A stretch of DNA of 33,532 nt from a virus (lineage: Duplodnaviria; Caudoviricetes), in the IMG/VR virus record IMGVR_UViG_3300020306_000011, positions 1-33,532 of that record; one strand, 5' to 3'. Of this stretch, positions 1 through 7,171 are shown piece by piece (within the stretch, counting starts at the first letter, position 1; every line of letters begins with the position of its first letter). The notes below the pieces were generated by a model that had not been told where the DNA came from, searched no databases, and was given only the letters and a program-made list of their open reading frames with translations. A program made the position numbers and the translations under genes.

Positions 1-631
1 AAAAAAGGAGAAGGTAAAATGAACAAGAAGCAAGAAGTTATGATAGAAATATCAAACAAAGTAATTGGTATGATGAAGGATCACGGAGTAAAGTGGTCAA
101 AGCCTTGGGTCAAAGCAGTAAAAGAAACTGGTCAACCAGTTAGTGCAAAGAACCGAGAATATACTGGTATCAATAGGATTAATTTATCACTGCATATTCT
201 AGAGCGTGATTATACTTCTCCAGTGTTTGCAACGTTCAAGCAATGGAAAAGCTTAGGAGCAAATCTTGTTGATGCCAAAGGCAAAGGGATTAAAGTGTTT
301 TTCTTCACAACTACAATGGTTGAAAGCAGAGAAAACAAGGACCGCAAAATAGCTGTTCCATGTTTCAAAGTTTACACTGTATTTAATGCCGATCACGTCG
401 AAGGATGGGATGGTAAATGGTTAGAAGATGAACAGGAAGATCTTACCCAAGATTGGAAAAACTTATATGATGTTGATGAACTTATTGCCCAAACTGGAGC
501 AGTAATCAGAGAACACAACTCTAATCAAGCGTTTTATTCTCCGTCATTAGATAAAATTAATATGCCAAGCAGAGCACAATTCAAAGATGCCCAAGGATTT
601 TATGGTACACTGTTCCATGAACTAATACATT
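1..631 (+). repeat. Left copy of 631 bp imperfect terminal direct repeat
   Basis: Aligns without gaps to 32902..33532; about 40 substitutions by manual codon comparison. Confidence 0.97.
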
Positions 632-915
632 GGACAGGACATGAAAGCAGAGAAAATCGAAAGTTTGGGATCAGACATGGTTCAGATCAATATGCATTTG
701 AAGAACTAATTGCAGAACTTGGCAGCGCTATGTTGTCAGGGATCACCGGAGTAGAAGCAGAGCCAAGAGAAGATCACGCAATCTATCTAAATAACTGGAT
801 GCAATGCTTAAAAGATAATCCGCAAGCAATTGTAAAAGCTGCATCAAAAGCAGAGAAAGCAAGCCAGTTTGTTCTTGATTGTGCAACCCAAGAAAAAGAA
901 ATGGAGGCAGCATAA
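19..915 (+). CDS. ardC: ArdC-like antirestriction / ssDNA-binding protein (DUF1738-like N-terminus plus zincin-like domain)
   Basis: W-x-KPW, Y-x-GIN, ATFKQW, Y-x-VFN motifs; AFYSPSLDKINMP, HELIHWTGH (HExxH) and YAFEELIAELGSA; RBS AGGAG at 6-10. Confidence 0.92.
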   Translation: MNKKQEVMIEISNKVIGMMKDHGVKWSKPWVKAVKETGQPVSAKNREYTGINRINLSLHILERDYTSPVFATFKQWKSLGANLVDAKGKGIKVFFFTTTMVESRENKDRKIAVPCFKVYTVFNADHVEGWDGKWLEDEQEDLTQDWKNLYDVDELIAQTGAVIREHNSNQAFYSPSLDKINMPSRAQFKDAQGFYGTLFHELIHWTGHESRENRKFGIRHGSDQYAFEELIAELGSAMLSGITGVEAEPREDHAIYLNNWMQCLKDNPQAIVKAASKAEKASQFVLDCATQEKEMEAA

Positions 916-1130
916 TGGTAATCAAGATAGATAAAGCAGTACAAGAGGAGGTGGCGAAAGAACTCGCCCCTCTTATCGGATGGGCAAATAATATAGATCA
1001 TTTTGCCGACGTCTTAGAAAAGTTATGCGGTCCTGAGTTTGATAAACAAACATTCAAAGAGGAAGGTTACAAAGCTTGGGAAAAAGCAAACGGTATTGGT
1101 GATGATTACATCCCATTCTTGGAGGATTAA
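915..1130 (+). CDS. Hypothetical protein (71 aa from ATG 915)
   Basis: TAATG stop/start overlap with ardC and upstream GGAGG; start preferred over 879. Confidence 0.75.
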   Translation: MVIKIDKAVQEEVAKELAPLIGWANNIDHFADVLEKLCGPEFDKQTFKEEGYKAWEKANGIGDDYIPFLED

Positions 1131-1283
1131 ATGAGCACTGTTAAAACAATTAAACTTACACAGACGCAGCTGGATATGCTGCGTGAAGCTTGGATGGGAT
1201 ACGACCCTGATTTCGGGGATGAAGTATACGATAAGCGTAGGATTAAAACATATGAAACTCTTAGAAAAAAATTATGGGAATAA
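1131..1283 (+). CDS. Hypothetical protein, 50 aa (MSTVKTIKLTQ...RKKLWE), not in ORF track
   Basis: GGAGG RBS at 1121-1125, ATG abuts previous stop, fills the gap exactly. Confidence 0.75.
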   Translation: MSTVKTIKLTQTQLDMLREAWMGYDPDFGDEVYDKRRIKTYETLRKKLWE

Positions 1284-1287
1284 ATAT

Positions 1288-1464
1288 ATGAACAAAGCAT
1301 TTTATAAAAAAGTAATGTCAAAGCTTTGTAAACATTGTGATGGTGATGGAAAGATTGAAGTAGAAGAATATTTTCCGCGTGGTTTTAGTAACGACATTGG
1401 AATAATCGGAACAAAATATATTGAGTGTGACGAGTGTAAAGGCACAGGAAAGGAGGAGGAATAA
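1288..1464 (+). CDS. Small DnaJ-type zinc-finger protein
   Basis: CKHCDGDG and CDECKGTG (two CxxCxGxG motifs); start at 1288 or 1315 rather than 1183. Confidence 0.8.
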   Translation: MNKAFYKKVMSKLCKHCDGDGKIEVEEYFPRGFSNDIGIIGTKYIECDECKGTGKEEE

Positions 1465-1668
1465 ATGGATGAAATAGATGATAGAGTTTGTTTATTTTAT
1501 GTTGCAAATAGACTCAATGAAATATGGGATTTATTTCAAGAGGACAATGCAAACAATGAAAAGCAAATTTATAATGCACTTGGATTGAAGGAGCTTGATA
1601 GGTTCAAACGTGAGTGTGTTTATAATATTGGGATTAATGCAATAAACAAAAGGGAGGAACAAGAGTAA
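1465..1668 (+). CDS. Hypothetical protein, 67 aa
   Basis: GGAGGA RBS immediately upstream; contiguous with previous gene. Confidence 0.75.
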   Translation: MDEIDDRVCLFYVANRLNEIWDLFQEDNANNEKQIYNALGLKELDRFKRECVYNIGINAINKREEQE

Positions 1669-1670
1669 AA

Positions 1671-1711
1671 GCAGAGGGGAGTTTTATACCTCAAGTGTTC
1701 TCCCCTCTTGC
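1671..1711. terminator. Intergenic hairpin (terminator or processing site candidate)
   Basis: GAGGGGAG (1674-1681) pairs with CTCCCCTC (1700-1707), extendable by GCA/TGC; 18 nt loop; no clean U-tract. Confidence 0.45.
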
Positions 1712-1722
1712 ATTATCTATTT

Positions 1723-1744
1723 TATTACTCCATACATGCAGCTA
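1723..1744 (+). promoter_or_regulatory. Operator-like site, copy 1 (TATTACTCCATACATGCAGCTA)
   Basis: 20/22 identical to 32622..32643; lies between TTGCAT (1708-1713) and ATG 1744. Confidence 0.7.
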
Positions 1745-2028
1745 TGAAAGCATATTTAGAAACAGTTCAGGATAAAGCTAGAGAAAATAAAATTGATTTA
1801 CTCAAGGCTTTTAAGGTAGCACAGATTCCAACTTCAACCTATTACCGAACTATCAATGGAGAAACTGAAATGCGTTTTGATACAGCGTGTAAAGTTTTAG
1901 ATGCGATAGATGAGCAAATCAGAAGAGACAAAGCGACCGAGTATACCAAACAACTACGAGCATCTGGTCAAGATATTAGTAGAAGCGAGGCGCGACAGGG
2001 GATTAAGCCAAGAAAACTTAAGCGATAA
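1744..2028 (+). CDS. HTH DNA-binding protein (Cro/XRE-like)
   Basis: LLKAFKVAQIPTSTYYRTINGETEMRFDTA helix-turn-helix pattern; ATG 1744 preferred over TTG 1708. Confidence 0.75.
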   Translation: MKAYLETVQDKARENKIDLLKAFKVAQIPTSTYYRTINGETEMRFDTACKVLDAIDEQIRRDKATEYTKQLRASGQDISRSEARQGIKPRKLKR

Positions 2029-2149
2029 GATTGGCTGCACTCCGACATTGGTTGGTAAATGGGAAGCATATCAAAGGATGCCTTCAGGTTTTATGTTAAT
2101 GTGTTGGTTGGAAGCTTTAGAATATGACATCGAAGCGATTAAAAGGTAA
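1910..2149 (+). CDS. XRE-family HTH transcriptional regulator
   Basis: ARRDRGLSQENLSDKIGCTPTLVGKWEAYQRMPS is a canonical XRE HTH. Confidence 0.88.
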   Translation: MSKSEETKRPSIPNNYEHLVKILVEARRDRGLSQENLSDKIGCTPTLVGKWEAYQRMPSGFMLMCWLEALEYDIEAIKR

Positions 2150-2435
2150 AGCTGCAACGTGTCAAAATTGTGAAATAAAAACATTTAAATTTGTTGCAAT
2201 ACTTAAACAAGAACATGAAGCAACAATGGTAAAACACTGGATAATATGTTTGGATTGTTATGAGCAAGATAGATGGCAAACAAAAATAAAAACAAAGGAA
2301 CATATCATGAAAAATGGTTTGTCGAATGGCTCAACAAAATTGGTGTCAAAGCAAAACGACAACCACTTAGCGGATCACTTGGAGGAGAATACTCAGGCGA
2401 TATCAAACTGGAAGTCAAAGAAATACAAATGGTAG
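2124..2435 (+). CDS. Hypothetical zinc-finger protein
   Basis: CQNC and CLDC pairs in the non-overlapping N-terminal half; C-terminal half overlaps the next gene. Confidence 0.6.
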   Translation: MTSKRLKGKAATCQNCEIKTFKFVAILKQEHEATMVKHWIICLDCYEQDRWQTKIKTKEHIMKNGLSNGSTKLVSKQNDNHLADHLEENTQAISNWKSKKYKW

Positions 2436-2626
2436 GAGAGGTAAAGTATAGAGATAAATCAAACTTTCCTAATCCATTCTCAGTATTAGAAGGTAGAGAC
2501 ATAGCCTTTTATAAAAGACGGAGAGGAACTCCGCAAACTTTAGTAATTATGTCTGGTAACATGTTTGAACAACTAATGGAGAATAGTAATGCAAGCTCAA
2601 ACGAAAGTAATCAAAGCACATCTTGA
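2273..2626 (+). CDS. PD-(D/E)XK nuclease, Hjc-type Holliday junction resolvase
   Basis: KNKGTYHEK, RQPLSG, GDI and EVK catalytic pattern. Confidence 0.82.
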   Translation: MANKNKNKGTYHEKWFVEWLNKIGVKAKRQPLSGSLGGEYSGDIKLEVKEIQMVGEVKYRDKSNFPNPFSVLEGRDIAFYKRRRGTPQTLVIMSGNMFEQLMENSNASSNESNQSTS

Positions 2627-2789
2627 AGATGGTAAAACAATTAATCCAATGGAAGCATTAATTTCTTATGGATGCTTTAGATTAGCCGCACGAATAAAAG
2701 ATTTAAAAGATAGCGGCATGATTATTGATAAGGTTATGAAGCAAGACGAAAACGGCAAACGCTATGCAATGTATTGGGAAGTAAAGTAA
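2589..2789 (+). CDS. Small winged-helix DNA-binding protein (HTH_39-like)
   Basis: HLEDGKTINPMEALISYGCFRLAARIKDLK...G-x-RYA-x-Y; RBS GGAG at 2578-2581. Confidence 0.85.
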   Translation: MQAQTKVIKAHLEDGKTINPMEALISYGCFRLAARIKDLKDSGMIIDKVMKQDENGKRYAMYWEVK

Positions 2790-3145
2790 TGTCTCAATTC
2801 AAAAAATATGATAGCGCAATGTCTTGGGATCAACTTATCAAACGCGGTAAAGATAAAACTGCTGTGAAAAAGGTAAGCAATCCAACTGGTTTTCAAGCTG
2901 ATAGTCTTCAGATAAATGCCAAAAGAATTAAAAATGGTGAGGACGTTGGACACTATTGGTTAGAAGGTAGATTGAAAAAACAACTACTAGAATACACGGA
3001 TGTAACAGAAGAAGATTTTAAAAAATATGTTGCACCAACTGCACAAATGCAGTATGTAAAACCATATAACTATAAAGAAAATAAAATTGGAGAAGATAAT
3101 TGGACAGAAGAAACTTCATCGGAGGATCTGACTGCGTTCAAATAA
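2789..3145 (+). CDS. Hypothetical protein (~118 aa)
   Basis: TAATG coupling to upstream gene; no recognisable motif. Confidence 0.7.
   Translation: MSQFKKYDSAMSWDQLIKRGKDKTAVKKVSNPTGFQADSLQINAKRIKNGEDVGHYWLEGRLKKQLLEYTDVTEEDFKKYVAPTAQMQYVKPYNYKENKIGEDNWTEETSSEDLTAFK
3038..3053 (+). promoter_or_regulatory. Operator-like palindrome ACTGCA-CAAA-TGCAGT within a candidate promoter for the recombination genes
   Basis: Same arms as 32627..32640; TTGCAC at 3030-3035 and TATGTA 17 bp later. Confidence 0.55.
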
Positions 3146-3891
3146 TGCATGAAGATTGGCTTGAGTTGTGGCTAGTCAAGACAGGGCGTAAAGAACCAGA
3201 AGATCTTTCGGAAATTTTACCAGTACAACTTGGTTCTTTTACAGAAGAATTTAATCTTGATTGGTTTAGTAAGCAACATGAAAACTGTGTTCTTACTCAC
3301 AAGCAATTTACTATGGAAAAAACAATCGAAGGCGTTCCATGTAAAGGAGCTGTGGATGCTATGTTTAACGGTCATGTTGTTGAAGCAAAACACACAAATC
3401 CTTTTTACAAAATGTCAGATGTTATCAACCGATACATGCCACAACTACAAATGTATTGTTATTTATCTGGTAAAGATGGGATCTGGTTATCAGTAATCTT
3501 TGGTAACTCAGATTACAAACATGTGTTCATAGATTTTGATTTGAAATATTTTTCAACTATGATGAAGCATGTAAAAAAATTCTGGGAATATGTAGAACAA
3601 GATCAGCAACCAAGAGTTGATGATGAAGTACCAGAAGAAGATTGTAATGTTGAAAGTATACCTGTTGATAAATTAATTATCCGCAATGCTGAGAAAGATA
3701 ACGAGTTTACAAGTTTATCAATAGATTATCATACGCATTATCATTCATATAAAATCTTTGAAAAGATCAAGCAAGATCTAAAGAAGATTATCAAGCCGAC
3801 AGAGAGAGAAGTATACAATGAATATCTTTCTGTCAGAAAAAATAAACGTGGTGCAATTAGTATAGTGAGGACTAAAACAGATGGAAAATAA
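3100..3891 (+). CDS. YqaJ / lambda-exonuclease-like recombination nuclease
   Basis: RRNFIGGSD, LWLVKTG, G-x-x-D, VEAK, Y-x-PQLQ-x-Y, FW motifs; TTG start with GGAG RBS. Confidence 0.9.
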   Translation: MDRRNFIGGSDCVQIMHEDWLELWLVKTGRKEPEDLSEILPVQLGSFTEEFNLDWFSKQHENCVLTHKQFTMEKTIEGVPCKGAVDAMFNGHVVEAKHTNPFYKMSDVINRYMPQLQMYCYLSGKDGIWLSVIFGNSDYKHVFIDFDLKYFSTMMKHVKKFWEYVEQDQQPRVDDEVPEEDCNVESIPVDKLIIRNAEKDNEFTSLSIDYHTHYHSYKIFEKIKQDLKKIIKPTEREVYNEYLSVRKNKRGAISIVRTKTDGK

Positions 3892-4327
3892 AAATTGGTT
3901 TGCAGATTTTAAAGAGTTTCAAGAGTCTGTAGATAAACCTGCAAAAGATTCAACAAATGATTTTTTTAACAGGCATAAGTATGCAAGCTTTGAAGCTTGT
4001 CTGGATGCAATCAAACCTGCATTGCATGAGCATAATTTTATATTACTGCAATCAAACAATCGTGATGAACTTGGTGACTATACTGAGACAAAGTTTGTTC
4101 ACAAAAGTGGGCAAGAACTTACAACTAAAGTTTATCTTGTCTTAGATAAAAACAATATGCAGGGCGTTGGTTCTGCAATAACTTATGCAAAAAGATATGG
4201 CATCCTTACTCTTGCAGGTATTGAGCCAGAAGTAAAAGACGATGATGATGGTAACAAAGCGTCAGGTGTAAGCAGCGCACCACCAAGTAAACCACAACAG
4301 CCAAAAACAAGTAAGTATGGATTATAA
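3881..4327 (+). CDS. erf: ERF-family ssDNA annealing protein
   Basis: K-x-x-x-N-x-FF..KYA, QGVGSAITYAKRYG and DDDGN signature. Confidence 0.93.
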   Translation: MENKNWFADFKEFQESVDKPAKDSTNDFFNRHKYASFEACLDAIKPALHEHNFILLQSNNRDELGDYTETKFVHKSGQELTTKVYLVLDKNNMQGVGSAITYAKRYGILTLAGIEPEVKDDDDGNKASGVSSAPPSKPQQPKTSKYGL

Positions 4328-4337
4328 GGAGGTAGAA

Positions 4338-4724
4338 ATGTCAGAAGAAAAAAAAGAATACGACAACCGTAATCAGGGAGCATTGGTACAACCGTATGAC
4401 CAAATGGAATTTGTTCTACAAGGTAAGCTTGATGTAGACGGACAAGAAATACACAGCGCTATCATTGCTGATACACTCAGGGATGGGCGTGAAATATTCC
4501 ATATATATCAAAGGGTTGGCGCATTGTTCAGAGGGCGCAATGATAAGGAAGGTGCGCCAGATTGGACAGGAAATATTTTTAATGAGAAAAATGTTTCAGC
4601 TTGGAAAAATATAAGTAAGAATGGTAATCCATATTTAAAGCTTAGAATTGATGAACGACAACAGCAACAGCAACAAGACACAAATCAACAGCCAAATGAT
4701 ATGGATGATGAAGTGCCATTTTAA
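4338..4724 (+). CDS. Putative single-stranded DNA-binding protein (DUF736-like, tandem repeat)
   Basis: YDN-x-N-x-GAL, GALF...PDWTG, SAW...G-x-x-YL; Gln-rich linker and acidic DDEVPF C-terminus; AGGAGG RBS before ATG 4338. Confidence 0.75.
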   Translation: MSEEKKEYDNRNQGALVQPYDQMEFVLQGKLDVDGQEIHSAIIADTLRDGREIFHIYQRVGALFRGRNDKEGAPDWTGNIFNEKNVSAWKNISKNGNPYLKLRIDERQQQQQQDTNQQPNDMDDEVPF

Positions 4725-4726
4725 TA

Positions 4727-4801
4727 CTCAATGCAGTGTAAGTTTTCTTCTCCATCCTTACACTCTTGAGCAACTACCCCCCAGAAATGGGGGGGCTTTT
4801 T
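4727..4801 (+). ncRNA. Candidate anti-Shine-Dalgarno small RNA (hairpin with pyrimidine loop plus terminator)
   Basis: Stem AGTGTAAG (4735-4742)/CTTACACT (4757-4764), extended by CTCAA/TTGAG; loop TTTTCTTCTCCATC; followed by an intrinsic terminator. Confidence 0.5.
4777..4801 (+). terminator. Rho-independent terminator
   Basis: CCCCCCA-GAAA-TGGGGGG stem-loop followed by GCTTTTT. Confidence 0.8.
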
Positions 4802-4812
4802 AGGAGAGAAAT

Positions 4813-5082
4813 ATGAAAGAATTAATAGAAACATATCCCGAAATGAAAGAGCGACATCGTAGAGAAATGATTGCTCTTGTAATGCAATTCAGCGACACAA
4901 TGACAGTCAATCAGGCTGCTGCTAGAATTGGTATGACCAAAGATAAGCTTAGAAAATTTGCATATGATAATGGAATATCTTTTCTACGCGCATATCAAAA
5001 AGGAAAGACTAATCACAGCACTCAACCATGTTATAAGCATGAAAGAAAAATAACTTTAAAAAATCCACCGTGGCTTTCGTGA
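4813..5082 (+). CDS. Small HTH-like protein
   Basis: MTVNQAAARIGMTKDKLRKFA helix-turn-helix pattern; AGGAG RBS. Confidence 0.7.
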   Translation: MKELIETYPEMKERHRREMIALVMQFSDTMTVNQAAARIGMTKDKLRKFAYDNGISFLRAYQKGKTNHSTQPCYKHERKITLKNPPWLS

Positions 5083-5122
5083 GAGAGACAGGGCGAAATG
5101 TCTCCCTCTATAAATTTTTAAT
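5081..5122 (+). terminator. Hairpin / probable terminator
   Basis: GAGAGAGACA pairs with TGTCTCCCTC (one mismatch), followed by an AT-rich tract. Confidence 0.5.
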
Positions 5123-5142
5123 TAATCGGAGAAAAAATTACA

Positions 5143-5358
5143 ATGATTAAAACATATTTTACTTTTATGATGATATTTTACACTGTGCAAGGTGAACAGG
5201 TAAAGACAAGCATACTGCTTCCTAGCTTTGATGATTGCTCATATAGTATAGATTATATGTCAAACATTTTAGAACCTTATGGCAAAGACGTAGCTATCCT
5301 TTGCAAAGGCACTAATGTTGTGTCAAAGGATTATATTAAACCAATGCCTAGACCATAA
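5143..5358 (+). CDS. Small putative exported protein with two Cys and Pro/Arg C-terminus
   Basis: Hydrophobic N-terminus, C...C pair, ends KPMPRP; GGAG RBS. Confidence 0.7.
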   Translation: MIKTYFTFMMIFYTVQGEQVKTSILLPSFDDCSYSIDYMSNILEPYGKDVAILCKGTNVVSKDYIKPMPRP

Positions 5359-5803
5359 GTTCAAAGTGTGGACCATCTATGAATGGTCTGCGCCCTTGCG
5401 CCCTTCTTAAATCTACATAAGAATTCATTGCATCTTGCATAGTAAAATCCCAATCAGCTATTGAATCTACATGCCAAGCTGCGCCCCACCTAATTTTTAC
5501 GTTATTATTTCTTGCTGCCTCAGCCATTGCATCAGCAATATCATCATAAAGATTCAGTTCCCAACTTGCCCGAGAACCAATGTATGCCATAAGATCAACA
5601 GCCAATCCGTCTAAATGTTTTGACTTCATTGTTTTACTTGCGCCTTTGGCAACCAACTCTCGTTGTTCATCCTCAGTTCTCATACCACATATTACTCCAA
5701 AATCTATTTTGGTTAGAGTGATTGCTTCTTTAACTACATCTTGCATCCTAGAGTCTACACCCTCTAGTTTTGCCATTGATCTTTCTGATAACTTGAACGC
5801 CAT
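5348..5803 (-). CDS. Endolysin, peptidase M15 family (L-Ala-D-Glu peptidase-like)
   Basis: F-x-LS-x-RS, G-x-RT-x-x-EQ, SKHLDGLAVD (SxHxxGxAxD), RWGAAW, DGPHFEL. Confidence 0.93.
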   Translation of the reverse strand: MAFKLSERSMAKLEGVDSRMQDVVKEAITLTKIDFGVICGMRTEDEQRELVAKGASKTMKSKHLDGLAVDLMAYIGSRASWELNLYDDIADAMAEAARNNNVKIRWGAAWHVDSIADWDFTMQDAMNSYVDLRRAQGRRPFIDGPHFELMV

Positions 5804-5805
5804 AA

Positions 5806-6192
5806 TTAACCTTTCTTAAAGAACTTTGTCGCAGAGCGCACAGCAAAGCTACTGGCTACGATAACACCTAAAGTGTACTGATACCACTCAGGCATCTGTT
5901 CCAGTGCTGTGAACCCCTCTGCAACGACTGTGCGACCCCATTCACCTGTGAACACTAAAATAAGTGGGATAGAAAAAAGTAAAACTAACCATTCGTCTTT
6001 CCAAGAATTCTGAGAACCCTGTGCCATAATCCTTTCCCAGTCTTGGACTGAGGTTTCTTTGGAGACAAGGATTTTTGCTTTGGCTTCGGCTTCGGTGAGT
6101 TTGAGTTTCGCGTTTGCTTGTTGGGCTTGGGTTTTGGCATTTAACCAACCTCCTGCTAGTTCAGTTATCGGACCTATTAGTGTCTGGAGCAT
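5806..6192 (-). CDS. Holin-like membrane protein (GTA 3TM-holin-like)
   Basis: Amphipathic N-terminus, SWKDEW followed by two hydrophobic helices, basic C-terminus; adjacent to endolysin; ATG 6192 with GAGG RBS (alternative start 6201). Confidence 0.7.
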   Translation of the reverse strand: MLQTLIGPITELAGGWLNAKTQAQQANAKLKLTEAEAKAKILVSKETSVQDWERIMAQGSQNSWKDEWLVLLFSIPLILVFTGEWGRTVVAEGFTALEQMPEWYQYTLGVIVASSFAVRSATKFFKKG

Positions 6193-6415
6193 AGTGTCCA
6201 CCTCTGTCTGTCTTTGCTTCCTTGCCTAACCATAGCGCAAAAGATGCGGAAAGCATAGCAGTAACTAAAGATACAAATGCAGACTGTTGCGTTGTTGGAT
6301 CTTCAAGTGTCATAAACCAAAGACATACTTTCCAAGTTAAAACAATCTGACATAGAAAAGCTAGACGTGGTAAGATCTTTAGTTCATCTAAATAATTAGC
6401 TGTGATTGCTACCAT
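6161..6415 (-). CDS. Small two-TM membrane protein (holin/antiholin candidate)
   Basis: ILPRL...WF...PT-x-QQSAFVS..., two hydrophobic segments, in lysis cluster. Confidence 0.65.
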   Translation of the reverse strand: MVAITANYLDELKILPRLAFLCQIVLTWKVCLWFMTLEDPTTQQSAFVSLVTAMLSASFALWLGKEAKTDRGGHYAPDTNRSDN

Positions 6416-6524
6416 AATATTTCCTTGCGTATTTGTAAGCTACTCGCTTGTCCCTAGTTATAATTATTACATAACCTTTATTGTTGTAGATTATGTATCT
6501 TCCCTTCCATTCTGTAATTGTCAC
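6396..6524 (-). CDS. Hypothetical protein, 42 aa (MTITEWKGRYIIYNNKGYVIIITRDK...), not in ORF track
   Basis: GTGA start/stop overlap with upstream ORF; fills the gap. Confidence 0.6.
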   Translation of the reverse strand: MTITEWKGRYIIYNNKGYVIIITRDKRVAYKYARKYYGSNHS

Positions 6525-6682
6525 CGTTCAATTTTTATACAGACCACTTTACTATTTGTACTTGTGACTAAAACTTTAGCTTCTTTCAAACCTTCTTTAC
6601 ATGCCTCTTCACTTGAATGACTAGAGATATGGTAGTGATCAAATGTTCCGCTAATTAATTGCAGCCAAAGAAGAACCCACAT
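6521..6682 (-). CDS. Hypothetical protein, 53 aa (MWVLLWLQLISG...EEAC...VVCIKIER), not in ORF track
   Basis: TAATG coupling to 6682..7158; hydrophobic N-terminus, two Cys. Confidence 0.7.
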   Translation of the reverse strand: MWVLLWLQLISGTFDHYHISSHSSEEACKEGLKEAKVLVTSTNSKVVCIKIER

Positions 6683-7158
6683 TACCACCGACCTTGCCAT
6701 TTACCGAGGTAATAGAAAACGCAGAACAAGATACCACCACCGATAACAAAAATAATGAAACCAATACCAAAGTTAATAATTGCATCTATCTGTTCCTGCT
6801 TTCTGTATAGCTCTTGCTTTCTTTTTCTACGCATTTGAGCTTCAATTTGTAACACTTCTTTCCAAGCACTAGGTCCATATGTCCAAGAGATATGATCTTT
6901 GATTTCATTTCTCATTTGTTCCATTTTCTTTTTATGTGCAAAGATTTCCAAGGCTGTTTCTTCATCAGAACCTTTAAATGTTTTCTTCCAAAACGGAGGA
7001 TTCTTTTCTCTTTCTTCTAGATTTGTAAAGTCAGAGAAAGCTTTGCCCCATTGCGAAAGCTGCCCTGTCATTTCTTGAAAATCTTTCCCTGCTCCAATCG
7101 CTGCTTTGAGAGCCTTAAAGCTTCCTGTCGCTAAAGCAACACAACTTACCGGGTCCAT
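6682..7158 (-). CDS. Hypothetical coiled-coil protein with C-terminal TM helix
   Basis: MDPVSCVALATGSF N-terminus, charged helical middle, hydrophobic C-terminal stretch. Confidence 0.8.
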   Translation of the reverse strand: MDPVSCVALATGSFKALKAAIGAGKDFQEMTGQLSQWGKAFSDFTNLEEREKNPPFWKKTFKGSDEETALEIFAHKKKMEQMRNEIKDHISWTYGPSAWKEVLQIEAQMRRKRKQELYRKQEQIDAIINFGIGFIIFVIGGGILFCVFYYLGKWQGRW

Positions 7159-7171
7159 CTACTTATGTCCA

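Noticed and set aside
1-631. Terminal repeat pair as DGR template and variable repeats
   Set aside because: Differences are mostly synonymous third-position changes, not adenine-specific, and no RT is present.
1183-1287. N-terminal extension of the DnaJ-type Zn-finger ORF
   Set aside because: Overlaps the better-supported 1131..1283 gene, which has a strong RBS.
1708-2149. Classical lysis-lysogeny switch or prophage
   Set aside because: HTH genes are co-directional; no integrase, att site or flanking host DNA visible.
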